A DNA stretch of 63,042 nt, counting the filler, from Octopus bimaculoides (Eukaryota), in assembly GCF_001194135.2 (NCBI RefSeq). It is 6 parts of 6 records of this genome, joined end to end, with 100 filler letters (N's around TTAATTAATTAA, not from the genome) between each part and the next. Parts side by side here need not be neighbours in the genome. Positions count along the whole stretch, not along the records: positions 37,862 to 41,110 come from NC_068982.1; positions 41,211 to 57,215 come from NC_068990.1; 4 more parts are not named here. The stretch is one strand, 5' to 3'. Of this stretch, positions 39,060 to 51,420 are shown piece after piece. Position 1 is the first letter of the stretch; the number at the start of each line of letters is the position of its first letter. The translations under genes were made by a program, and so were the position numbers. The notes under the pieces are model-generated. The model saw nothing but the letters and a program-made list of their open reading frames with translations, did not search any database and was not told the origin of the DNA.

Positions 39060-39064
39060 GTATT

Positions 39065-39103
<39 letters not shown>

Positions 39104-39154
39104 CTCTCTCTCTCTGTCTCTGTCTGTGTCTCTCTCTCTATGGAGATAAAACTC

Positions 39155-39193
<39 letters not shown>

Positions 39194-39277
39194 TCAACAG
39201 ATATTCAGAAAGAGAATGAGAGCGAGAAGATGGTATGATAGCTAATATGTCAGAACAGACAGTTAGCAGAGATTACA

Positions 39278-39374
<97 letters not shown>

Positions 39375-39730
39375 AAACACACACACACGCACACACGCAC
39401 ACACACACTCGCGCACATAGACACACGTGTACATATACACGCATACACACATACACACACACAAGCACACAAACACATAGGCCCCCTCCACACACACACA
39501 ACACAGAAAAACTCACACTCAAACACGCACAAGCAAACAAACGTACACACACACACATACACACCCACACTTACGCACGCACACACAATCACACACATAT
39601 GTATATTTTTATATACATGCACAGACATGCACAGACATGCATACACACACATATATAACTGAATATGTATATGCACGTATACGTGTGTGCGCGTGTGTTG
39701 CTGGTATGTATTTATACAACTTTACATACC

Positions 39731-39782
39731 GACCTTACAGCTGCTTGTCTGTTTCCCTGTTATTACAGTATCATCAGAGGTC
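39731..39782 (-). ncRNA. Minimal type I hammerhead ribozyme
   Basis: Minus strand: GACCU-CUGAUGA-ua-CUGU-aaua-ACAG-g-GAAA-CAG-acaagcag-CUG-UA-AGGUC. Perfect 5-bp stem I, GUA triplet, predicted cleavage between 39736 and 39735. Confidence 0.75.
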
Positions 39783-39897
39783 ACTATAGATATTCTACAT
39801 TGAAAATGCATTGAAATTTTTCTCGAAGTGTAGTGGTCGTGATCGTTTGATCTAGAATTTCAGATCTCTCTTTCCGCCTCCACTCTGTCTCTCTATC

Positions 39898-39941
<44 letters not shown>

Positions 39942-40510
39942 NNNNNNNNNNNNNNNNNNNNNNNNNNNNNNNNNNNNNNNNNNNNNNNNNNNNNNNNNNN
40001 NNNNNNNNNNNNNNNNNNNNNNNNNNNNNNNNNNNNNNNNNACACAAACATGTTCGCGCGCGCACACACATACACACAAATGTAAGCGTTTCAAATTATA
40101 TTTCCTCAGTAGTGCACTCTGAACATATTTCCGCAACTTTTCTTAGTCATTGCAACCTCTTCGTTCTTTGCTCCTCTCTTCCTTGATTTATATACTATAC
40201 CCATAAGATAATATCTGCGGAATATCGTATTGCTTCACGATAAACTGTCTTCAGTTCAACAGCTGCTAGTGAAGTGACAGTCACTGAGACATGATGTCCG
40301 TTGAATTAACTAGTAGTAAATGTTATATATTCCTTCGTGTGGGGCTTCTTCCAGGGCCATTGTTGTGAGTTTACGCCACTTGGATGTATGTCGTTGCACC
40401 GGCTACCTATTAAGTCGTTGAATACCGTCAGAGATTATATAACTCGCTCACATCAACTAATATTGTAATGTTGTAGTGCATATGTGTGCATGTGTGCGTA
40501 TATATGTATG

Positions 40511-40556
<46 letters not shown>

Positions 40557-40564
40557 AACACACG

Positions 40565-40607
<43 letters not shown>

Positions 40608-41277
40608 GTATATACATGTAAATGTATGTTAGTATATATGCACACATACATACATATATATGCATTTATATACATGTATACATACATATATGCGTATGTA
40701 TCTATGTATGAATGTAATGAATGTATGCAGGTACGTATGTATGTATGTATGTATACATAAACACTCACATGTATAGCATTAGAAGACACAGAGAGAGAGA
40801 AATGTCCAGAAAAGCGTGTCGTTGGTAGGGTGTTGAGATGTATAGGGTGGTGGACAATTGATTAATCGATTCAAATTAGTCGTCGAAACTAATTAATCAT
40901 TAAAAAACAGCAAGAGAAAAACAACAAAAATCAATAAAAACAAAAGTAAAAGACAAATAGTTCCGCTCCTGCTGACAGGAACAACAATAACAATAGCAAC
41001 AACAATACTCTAAACAATAGACGAGAATGAATATATTAGAGATAGTAAAACGAAAGGTCTAAATGTTGGTTTGTTGATGCATGCTACTTTGTGTGTGTGT
41101 GTGTGTGTGTNNNNNNNNNNNNNNNNNNNNNNNNNNNNNNNNNNNNNNNNNNNNTTAATTAATTAANNNNNNNNNNNNNNNNNNNNNNNNNNNNNNNNNN
41201 NNNNNNNNNNTATTGAAAAGGTGAAAACAAGCAATGTTAATTCTCTAAATGAAGTATTAACAGTAACTGCACGATAA

Positions 41278-41505
41278 AGTGTAGTATATTGCCACTTAAG
41301 TGTGGCTGACCCCTAGAAGGGAAATAACCCTGAAATCCGGATACGTTCGTGCTGCTGGTCGTGGTGAGAGGGATAACTCCCTTGGCAAACAGGACACAGT
41401 CGTGTGTCGATAAGCCAGCTGGAGGAGATGTCCTCCTGGGGCTAAAAGCAACAGTAACATCCACCCCTAGGGGTCAGCCACACTTAAGTGGCAATATACT
41501 ACACT
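41278..41505. mobile_element. 228-bp element with perfect 39-bp terminal inverted repeats
   Basis: AGTGTAGTATATTGCCACTTAAGTGTGGCTGACCCCTAG (41278-41316) is the exact reverse complement of 41467-41505; 150-bp GC-rich interior; no clear TSD. Confidence 0.8.
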
Positions 41506-42966
41506 ATATATATATAATTTTCCTGATAAGAAGAAAATAGCAGCATCAACATCTAGTAGTGATGGGGATAAAACGATATTTAGGTTAGTGAGAATGTTTG
41601 TGACTTATTTCAACTTCCCATTGAAAAGAGCAGCCGATCTGTTTATATACTCAACAATTACAGTAGAACTACTAATTTGCATAACGTACGTGATAATACT
41701 TTATTTAATATCAGGAGCCTCTCAACTGGGAACTCAGTCCACATAGTATCCAGTTAAGATATATTTAATTATAAAATATTAAAAATCGAATATTATAATG
41801 AGAAAATGTACAATGATTATGCTTATGGTTACTTATCACATTATTTTGGTGGCCCAATCGCTTCTGAAGATGAAAGATACAGCTATACGTTATTTACTTG
41901 AATTACAATTCACACATATCGTAACCATCTCTCCTGTTCTGTTGGAATTATTTCGCTGCATTGTTATAAGCGGACTGTGAATTCTCATAATCATATCTTA
42001 TATAGCATGCTATGTCATCTGGAATAGTCGTATAATGTATAATTAGCAGCAACAATAGAAAGAAATAATAAACAAAACTAAACATCCAGATAAGTGAATG
42101 TTATTACGTTGGTCTAAGAGTGATTTTGATTTGATTTATAGTACTGATATATTTTGAACTCATTTGCAGTTCCAAACTATTGTAACATCGTAATATATTG
42201 TAATATGTTGTATATATTCACAGCTCTTTTTTCCAAGAGATGTGTTAATGAACACGAGAAAGAGAAGGTCCAGGCAAATAGCAAAAATATGTACATATAT
42301 ATATATATGCATACATACATATATACATACATACTTACATACATATACATATATATATACATAAATGCATACATACATTCATATATGCATACATACATGT
42401 ATACATACATACATACATACACTCATACATGCATACATACATATATACATGCATGGATATATGNNNNNNNNNNNNNNNNNNNNNNNNNNNNNNNNNNNNN
42501 NNNNNNNNNNNNNNNNNNNNNNNNNNNNNNNNNNNNNNNNNNNNNNNNNNNNNNNNNNNNNNNNNNNNNNNNNNNNNNNNNNNNNNNNNNNNNNNNNNNN
42601 NNNNNNNNNNNNNNNNNNNNNNNNNNNNNNNNNNNNNNNNNNNNNNNNNNNNNNNNNNNNNNNNNNNNNNNNNNNNNNNNNNNNNNNNNNNNNNNNNNNN
42701 NNNNNNNNNNNNNNNNNNNNNNNNNNNNNNNNNNNNNNNNNNNNNNNNNNNNNNNNNNGCATCTAAAAGCAAGGGTGTTATACCTGCTTAATAACGATTG
42801 GCTACAGGCAGTGTGTAATCTGAGCGTGTGCAATCATTAACAGAAGAAAAATATGAATAAGCAAACAACTGGTATCAGTTTAGATTATAACATTTATATC
42901 TTTAAGCATAAATGTTGAACTATTACGTGAGTTTTGAAGGAAGGAAACAGTAATGTGACCAGAAAG

Positions 42967-43068
42967 CCGTTTACAGCTGTTTCAAAAACAGATGGATAGA
43001 TTGTGCTCTTGGTGCAAAACCACAGGAAGCTAACCATGTAGCAGTGATCTATACCATCGTCGGAGGGA
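42967..43068 (-). ncRNA. Decayed hammerhead with long stem II (same family as 48844)
   Basis: Minus strand: CCGACGA-UGGuAUAGAU...AUCUAUCCA-ucuguuuuu-GAAA-CAGCUG-UA. Core U>C change, insertion before GAAA, poor stem I. Confidence 0.45.
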
Positions 43069-43484
43069 GTATCTGTTGGGAATTTAGCGGAAAATTTAGG
43101 TTATTACTATCATAGAAGATATAGTTTAAAAGGAGAATAGACAGAGCAAACAAGGTCATACTAATAGCAGCATAGACAGAAACTATATATATATGTATTA
43201 TATACATAAATATTCATGCACATATATGTCTGTCCATGCGGGGGAGGTGGAGTGTTGGGGATGGAATGTTCCTGGCTTTAAGGGTGTCGAGAAAGGCTTG
43301 ACTTACGGCCCGAAATTCCGAGTTATTTTACAGGGCTTAGAAAAACTTCAGGATTGTTGTAGTTGTAATAAGTGTCCGAATTTGAGAGGGGAATATGTTG
43401 AATAAATCATAATTAACTGATCCTCCTGTATTTTCTTTTGCTCAAAGCCAAGAACTTTTTATCACACCTTCATGAATATGTGTA

Positions 43485-43526
<42 letters not shown>

Positions 43527-43725
43527 TGAACAAATTTAAATAAATAAACCACGTACGAGTTCCAAATCATTTATGTGTATACTGGGATGTTGGAAGTCCT
43601 CTCTATGCATATTTAGTTATGTAAATTGTGTGCAATTAGTGAATTACAAAAAGGTGTGAAGAAGACAAAGCGAATAGTTTAAATTGAAGCAAATGTCACC
43701 ATTACTACTACCACTAATGATATTG

Positions 43726-43759
<34 letters not shown>

Positions 43760-43944
43760 TGATGATGATGATGATAACGATTATAATAATAATAATAATA
43801 ATAANNNNNNNNNNNNNNNNNNNNNNNNNNNNNNNNNNNNNNNNNNNNNNNNNNNNNNNNNNNNNNNNNNNNNNNNNNNNNNNNNNNNNNNNNNNNNNNN
43901 NNNNNNNNNNNNNNNNNNNNNNNNNNNNNNNNNNNNNNNNNNNN

Positions 43945-44073
43945 GAAGAAGAAGAAGAAGAAGAAGAAGAAGAAGAAGAAGAAGAAGAAGAAGAAGAAGA
44001 AGAAGAAGAAGAAGAAGAAGAAGAAGAAGAAGAAGAAGAAGAAGAACAACAACAACAACAACAACAACAACAA
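43945..44073. repeat. (GAA)n-(CAA)n compound microsatellite
   Basis: Direct reading. Confidence 0.95.
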
Positions 44074-44416
44074 TATGAACAACGTTTATAATATTAGTAA
44101 TAACAAGAACATTAAAAGAGACAACAATATTATTGACAACAATAAAGGTAATGAATCGTGTGTCGACAGATGCGATATGGTTCTCAGCGTTATTTTCCCC
44201 ATTTTCAATTTACACGATATAATAATGTTCGCTGAAATATACCTACTCTTTTCTAAGAGTCGTCACGTGATAATCATGTTAGCTCATTATAGTCCATTGT
44301 GAAAATCATTTCCAGTCGACCATTTGCTGGTACCAATCAGCAGTGCTAAGTCTGTGTTTGTTTTTGTCTATATAATTTTGTTGTTTGAGTGATGTCTGTG
44401 TATATATGTTTGTATC

Positions 44417-44492
<76 letters not shown>

Positions 44493-45075
44493 TGTGTCTG
44501 TGTTTGTGTGTTTGTGTTTGTGTGTGTCTGTGTGTGTGTGATGCATATGCGTACGCTGAGAATGAGGGAAGAAAGGCGAAATGCTTTAGGATATATAGGA
44601 GAGAAAGTAAGATAAAGTGAGAGAGAGAGAGGGGGGGACGCAGAAAGAAGGAGGGAGAGAGAGAGAGAGAAAGAGAAAAGCAGGCAAATATTATTTGGTG
44701 GAAGAGAAATGATGCAAGAGTAGTGTTAATGAACTTAAGAAGGAAAAGGACCAAGCAAATATGGAGAGAAGAAGTGGAGGACAAATAAATAAAGGAATGA
44801 CGTAAAAGATAATAGAATGACGTATGATAAATCGTAGTGCCAATGTGAAGGAGTATGCGTTTGACTATATATATATATATATATATACACTTATTTACAC
44901 ACTTATATATATATGGGTGTGTGTGTATACATATACATTTATATGTGCATGCACATACAATTATGCTTATATAAATACAAATGTTCATACATGCATATAC
45001 ACACTGGCACGCACACACACACACACACACATACACACACGCACACATATAAAACGTATATATATAAATATATAC

Positions 45076-45113
<38 letters not shown>

Positions 45114-45316
45114 NNNNNNNNNNNNNNNNNNNNNNNNNNNNNNNNNNNNNNNNNNNNNNNNNNNNNNNNNNNNNNNNNNNNNNNNNNNNNNNNNNNNNNN
45201 NNNNNNNNNNNNNNNNNNNNNNNNNNNNNNNNNNNNNNNNNNNNNNNNNNNNNNNNNNNNNNNNNNNNNNNNNNNNNNNNNNNNNNNNNNNNNNNNNNNN
45301 NNNNNNNNNNNNNNNN

Positions 45317-45357
<41 letters not shown>

Positions 45358-45810
45358 TTGTATACTAAAGCATATTTATATATACAAAATTTATACACGT
45401 ACGTGTATCTATATGGGCATATATATGTACATATGCATTTGGGCAACCGTATCTGCATGTATAATATATATATATGCGTATATCGAAAGGGAGGAAGAGA
45501 GAAGTGAGTTATTGCCTCTAAGCTATATTGCTCGACATCAAAGAAGATGGCAAAACAATAGGGGGTGTCATCTCCATCATTTGCTGCTGTTAAGTCGGAC
45601 ATTCGTTAAACGTGGCTGTCTCAGTACACTTTTGATGTAAATATAAAGAGATAATAATGTGTCTATCGTGAAAGATATCATTTAGTGATATTAAGCTATT
45701 ACGGTAACTAAGAGGCGATTTTGAATTCATTAAGACTGTTTTGTGTCCGTTACGTTGTTTATGAGCAACTACTCGACATATTTCAGTAAAATTTATTACC
45801 TTTAGTCTCT

Positions 45811-47410
45811 AAGGCGGTGAGAGGACAGTCTTAAGCAATTCGGAGAAAATGCTTACCAACATTTTTTTGATTCCTTACGTTCTGAGTTCATATCCCATAG
45901 TGATCAACTTTCCCTTTTTGGATCGATAAAATTAAGTACCAGTCAATTACTAGAGTCGATGTTTCAGGTAACTCCTCGTCATTGATTTTGCTGGTTTGAA
46001 AAGTAGAAATTTTTGCTATGTCTTACTGTAAGGTGGCGAGCTCGCAGAATCGTTAAAACGCCAGACAAGATCCCTCGTGACATTTCGTTCTTATTTACGT
46101 TTTCAGTTTAAATTCCGTTGAGGTCGACTTTATCTTTCATCCTTTCGGGTCAACGAAATAAGCACCAGTACCGGGGTCTATCCTATCGATTTGCACCCTA
46201 CCTTCAAAACTGCTGACTCTTCATCAAACTACTGAGTTCAATTTAATCTCATTCTTAGCGGGGTCAAGTATAGGAAGTACCAGTTAAGGATAAGAAACGA
46301 TAAACCTTTCTACTAAAGGCATAAGGCCTGAAATTATGGGGGATGGGACTCGTCGATTATATCGACCCCAGTGTTTCACTGGTGCTTAAACTATTGATCC
46401 CGAAAGGATGAAAGGCAAAGTCGACCTCGGTAGAATTTGAACTCAGAACGTTCACACGGACGAAATACCGCTAAGTATTTCGCTCGGTTAACGATTTTGC
46501 CAGCTCACTGCATTCAGGGTTTAGAGACGTTAATAGCAACGAACAATCTCCACTCTAATATGTCGAATTTTTTCCCTATTATGACGACTTCACATGAAGC
46601 TGAGGGTGTTCCGGGATCGGTATCCTACCTAACAATATTGCTTGCAAAATTGCCTCGGAATTCTATGTTGGAGTTTGAATATCACAGAGGTTAGAACGCA
46701 ACTCGATTTTGTTTTTAATTGAGGGCATAAAATCACATAAATGCTGTATATTATCAGTGAATGTGATGAATGATATTGATTTCAAATGTTGGCAGAAACT
46801 CAAGAATTTTCGGAAAGGGGTAGCCTGATTACATCGACCTCAGGATTCAACTGGTACTTATTTTACCGATCCCGAAAGGATGAAAGGCAGAGCCGAGTCA
46901 ACCTTAGTGAAATACGAACACACAACGCAAAGACAGACATATTGCCTCTATGCATTTTTCCCGGCATGCTAACGATTCCACCAGCTCGCTGCCTTAAATA
47001 TTTGTTTCAAATTTTGGCACAGGGCCAGGAGTTACGGGTAAAGGGATAAGTCGGCGTGCCAACGTTTCCGCCAGCTCTCCGCACTGATGTCATTAATACT
47101 ATTGATTTCAAATTTTGGTAAAAGGCTAGTAATTTCGGGGATAAATCGATTAAATCGACCTCAGTACTCAACTGGTACTTATTTTATCCACCCCGAAAAA
47201 ACCAAAAGCAGAGTAAACCTCAGCGGCGTTTGAAATCAGAACGTAAAGACGGACGAAATGCCGCAAAGTATTTTTTCCGGCATGTTGACGATTCCATCAC
47301 CACGATGCTTTAAAGCCATCTACAATGTTGGTTTCAAACTTTGGCGCAGGGCCAGGAGTTAGGGATGAGGGGGAAAGTTGGCGTGCCAACGATTCCGCCA
47401 TCTCTCCGAA
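45811..47410. mobile_element. Cluster of seven SINE-B copies (2 forward, 5 reverse)
   Basis: Forward at 45811 and 46031; reverse at ~46300-46510, 46771-46995, 46996-47085 (short), 47100-47310 and 47325-47410 (short). Shared GGCGAGCTGGCAGAA head and CCGAAAGGATGAAAGGC segment. Confidence 0.85.
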
Positions 47411-47589
47411 CTAATATCATCTATAATATTGATAGACAAATATAATTAATGGCGTATACAGTGTTCAAACATTTAGATAGACGCTCACAAATGAAAATTG
47501 AAAATAACCAACAAATCAATGAATAAAGCTAAAGTAAATATTTTCGTTTCACAATAGTTTCAGCACATAGATACACAGTGGTGTGTCCC

Positions 47590-47763
47590 TAGGTGCAGGT
47601 ATAAGGTGGGTGGTAAGATGTTGGCTTCCCAATGACATGAATCTGCGTTCAATTCCACTGCATGGCAGCTTGAGCAACTGTCTTCTACAGCAGACTTAGC
47701 GGCCTCAGGCCAACCAAAGTCTTGTAAAGGTATTTGTCGGGCGGGTTGTGAAAAAAACCCGTC

Positions 47764-47801
<38 letters not shown>

Positions 47802-47985
47802 CTATGTGTGTGTGGAGGGGATCTGTGTTTGTCACTTGATAAACGGTACTGGTGTGTTTACTTCCTCATAACCTAGAGGGTCGTCAAAAGAGACCAATAG
47901 TATAAGTACCAGGGTTATTTCGATTTTTTCGTCTAAAGTTTTCCAAGGTGGTTCTCCAGCATGGCCTCTGTCTTAATCTTATAAC
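47590..47985 (+). mobile_element. Diverged full-length SINE-A
   Basis: GGTGCAGG..TGGTAAG..CCACTGCATGGCA..CCAGCATGGCC. Confidence 0.7.
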
Positions 47986-48189
47986 TGTCGTAAATAAAAG
48001 ATTAACACATGCATATCTTTATATATATAATACACACACACACACACACATACACATCAGCGTTACTGGCACCGCTCTCCTTGTAAAATTATAATAATTA
48101 ACAACTCCATAAAAAGTATTGGGTAATCTTCCAGTTGAATGTGAAATTGATTTTTTTTTGTTTTTTTTGTGACTTGACATAAAACAAAT

Positions 48190-48497
48190 ATTGTGGCTTA
48201 GTGCTTAGGGTACGAGGATCTAGATCGAATGGTCGTAAGTTCGATGGCCGGCAGTGTGTTGCATACTTGAGCAATGCACTTTATACTATACTTTCTCTAG
48301 AGCACTCTTCTGGCAAACATTAGTAGTACCTGTATTTCAAACGGCCGCCCTTCCACATTCTGTGTCATGCGCAGTGTGCCTGAGAACTACGTTAAAGTTA
48401 CGTGTGTCTGTAGACTGCTCATCTACTTGGTCACTAATTTCGCGTGCTCGCTTTTCCATTAATCGGATCAACTTGAATTCTCGTCGTTGTAACCGGT
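48190..48497 (+). mobile_element. Diverged SINE-C
   Basis: Shares GTACCTGTATTTCAAACGG..GAGAACTACGTTAA..GGATCAACT with 49487-49868. Confidence 0.65.
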
Positions 48498-48638
48498 TTC
48501 ATGTTTGAAGCTCTGACGAAGCTATAGGCTGATACTCACGTAATCAACTGTGTGCATTGCACCTTATAGCAGAAACTACAGAAAGATACCGAAGCTCAGG
48601 ACATATTTGATTATTACATTTGCCATCCCAATTTTTGA

Positions 48639-48695
<57 letters not shown>

Positions 48696-48843
48696 GTCTA
48701 TCTATCTATCTATCTATTTGTGTGTGTGTGTGCGTGTGTGTTAAAGGAAAAGAAAAACAAAATCAAAGAAGGACGAACATCTGAGGTTATTTAGAATATT
48801 TAATTAGAGTAAGATGACTCAAAAAAGAAGTAGAAGTAATTAA

Positions 48844-48922
48844 TGTCATACAGCTGTTTCTGGGATAGCACATTTAATGGGTCAACCTTCCCATACACTA
48901 GGGTATTCCGTCATCAGAGACA
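48844..48922 (-). ncRNA. Type I hammerhead ribozyme with ~50-nt stem II region
   Basis: Minus strand: UGUCU-CUGAUGA-cGGAaUA...UAUCCca-GAAA-CAGCUG-UA-UGACA. Intact core, palindromic stem III, U-U mismatch at the base of stem I; predicted cleavage between 48849 and 48848. Confidence 0.6.
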
Positions 48923-49421
48923 AGGTGTGTATAGAAGAAAGTTCCAGACTGAGAATTCACAATATATGAATGAATAAAACAGTAGATAGAAGGATAAATA
49001 TAGGAGAATTAAGTACACAGCTCATCTTGTTCAAGAGGGTATGGAGGTTAGTCCGTACTTCCATGAAGTTATAGTCCCTTAAGTATAATCCCAGGTAAAT
49101 CCAGGCAGTATTTCGAATGATGCATTCAGATCGAATTCAATCTAAGGGTGCAAGTCAGCAGCATCATTGCTGATTTTCTTGGGATAGTAGATTCAGAAAT
49201 GGAAAGACAGAGAGAGTGTTCATCAACGTACAGACCCGTTATATTTTGAATCATAAGTTTTGAATCATAAATTCATTTCCATCTGCATTCAAAATATATT
49301 TAGCAAGCGATTTACTTCGGCAATCTATGACGAAGAGAAAAGTGAATGTAACTTATGAAATAGAAAAAAAAATTACCATTCGATATTTAAAATAAATCAT
49401 ATGTTTCCTCCATTTTTCTTA

Positions 49422-49455
<34 letters not shown>

Positions 49456-49486
49456 GCTTTGACCTACCATATAGTCTATTATGAGT

Positions 49487-49868
49487 GGAAGCGCAACGGC
49501 CCAGTGGTTAGGGCAGCGGACTCGCGATCGTAGGTTCCGGTTTCGATTCTCAGACCGGGCGTTGTACGTCTTTATTGCGCGAAAACGCCTAAATGTTCCA
49601 CCAGCCTCCGGTGGTGGGTGGGGCGAACCCTGCTGTACTATTTCACCACAACTTTCTCTCAGTCTTTCTTCTTGTTTCTGTTGTACCTGTATTTCAAACG
49701 GTTAGCCTTGTTTCACTCTGTGTCACGCTGAATCTCCCTGAGAACTACGTTAAGGGTACAGGTGTCTGTGGAGTGCTCAGTCACTTGCACGTTAATTTCT
49801 CGAGCAGGCTGTTCCGTTGATTGGATCAACTGGAACCTTTGTCGTCGTAAGCGACGGAGTCCCACGAC
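49487..49868 (+). mobile_element. tRNA-derived SINE-C, near full length
   Basis: A box GGCCCAGTGG and B box GGTTTCGATTC in the head; conserved body shared with 48190. Confidence 0.85.
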
Positions 49869-50211
49869 GAGTCTATTATGGAATTTTTTGTTTTCTTTTC
49901 CCCAATATAAAACCATAGTATGAAAGATGTGAAAGTTCTAATTAACTAGATATTGAAGAAAATACTTTTCCCTGTCACAAACAATTTCACTGCTCCGCTA
50001 GTACTATTTTCTATCTTTTATACCAATTTAGCATCACCAACGCAAAGTGCACTTGGCAATGGAGGTCTGAGGTGCTTTAGAGTTTGAGATATACGCATGT
50101 ATGTCTGCGTTACTGATTTTAAATATGGCAACATTTTTAGTTCCTAAATTTTATTCGTTTATTCTTTTATTTGTTTCAGACTGCGGCCATGCTGGATCAC
50201 CGCTTTTAGTC

Positions 50212-50249
<38 letters not shown>

Positions 50250-50255
<6 letters not shown>

Positions 50256-50650
50256 ATTTCAAATGTTGACACAAGGCCAGCAATTTCGTGGGAGAGCTAA
50301 GTCGATTCCATTGATGCCAGCGCTCAAGTGGTTCTTTATTTATCGACCCCAAAACAATGATGAGCATGGTCGACCTAGGTGGAACGTAAGGCTGTACGAA
50401 ATGCCGCCAAGTATTTTGCCCGGTGTGCATACGATTCTGCCAGTTCAATGCCTTAGATATGTTGTTTATATATCACTTGAGAATATAATAACAATTTCTT
50501 AGTTTCGAATTTTGGCACAAAGCCTGCATAATTTGGTTAAGTCGATTACATTGAGCTCAGAGTTACACTCGTACGCAGTTTTTAGACAACGAAATCTTGA
50601 AAGGCAATGTAAACTTGGGAAATTTGAAATCAAAGCGTAAAAGGTCGTTA
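50250..50650 (-). mobile_element. Two tandem SINE-B copies
   Basis: TTGATTTCAAATGTTG..GATTCTGCCAGTTC and TTTCGAATTTTGGCACAAAG..TGAAAGGCAA. Confidence 0.7.
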
Positions 50651-50899
50651 GAAATGTGAAGCATTTTCTCTAGCGTGGTAACAACTCTGCGAACTAACCA
50701 CCATAATATGACTACGGTATATTTCTGAAACAGTAAACAATATTATATGCAGAATGCTACATTACAATTCGTAAAATGAGCAATAATGTCTTATATAATA
50801 TATTAGCCAGTTAAGCCATATAAAAAAATACAAAAATGTCACCATAAGACCTTGCTGCAGTGAGATTCGCCTGGATAGTTCAGCTGTAGATTCCTGTGG

Positions 50900-51420
50900 A
50901 AACCTTTGTTTGTGTGTGTTTACCATCTTTATAGGACTTCTCTTTATATTCCTATCTCGACGAAATCTTTCTCTTTGCTATTTTCTCAGAAAATGGATGT
51001 TATCTGCAAAGTGATATATATANNNNNNNNNNNNNNNNNNNNNNNNNNNNNNNTTTCCTTCATGTTACAGACAAGTCTGCTAAAGTTGAAGAATAAACAA
51101 TTTTCAAATTCATAAATTCCCTCTTCATTATCGTTGCGAGAATGATCTTGAAGTTCTAGAACAAAATCTGACATTATTTCGTGCATACACAGTGATGAAA
51201 TGTGGAGTTGTTATAAGTTGTGTTATCTGAAAACCATAAAATTTCATTCAAGTTTCTTCCCTGTGTTTAGTCTAGTGAATTTAATGCATATGCAATCAAA
51301 ACCATTTCTTTGTTCAAGGCCTTTGCAAACTTCTTCAGACGATGATAGATATGCGATTTTTTTTCTCAGTCAACCAAAATTACTTTGATAACCTTTATTT
51401 TTTTTTTCTCAACTGTCTTC
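50900..51420 (-). mobile_element. Possible decayed Sola-like DNA transposase fragment
   Basis: Minus-strand SEEVCKGLEQ..DCI followed by ILWFSDNTTYNN, resembling ExxAxxGxxEIxSC and LxxFSDNCxxQNKN motifs. Weak, by eye. Confidence 0.3.

Noticed and set aside
40085-40125. Minus-strand CUGAGGA..GAAA hammerhead (similar weak cases at 27616, 32024 and 56684)
   Set aside because: Stems I-III do not pair credibly.
49487-49560. tRNA gene
   Set aside because: A and B boxes are present, but there is no complete cloverleaf and it continues into a SINE body shared with 48190.
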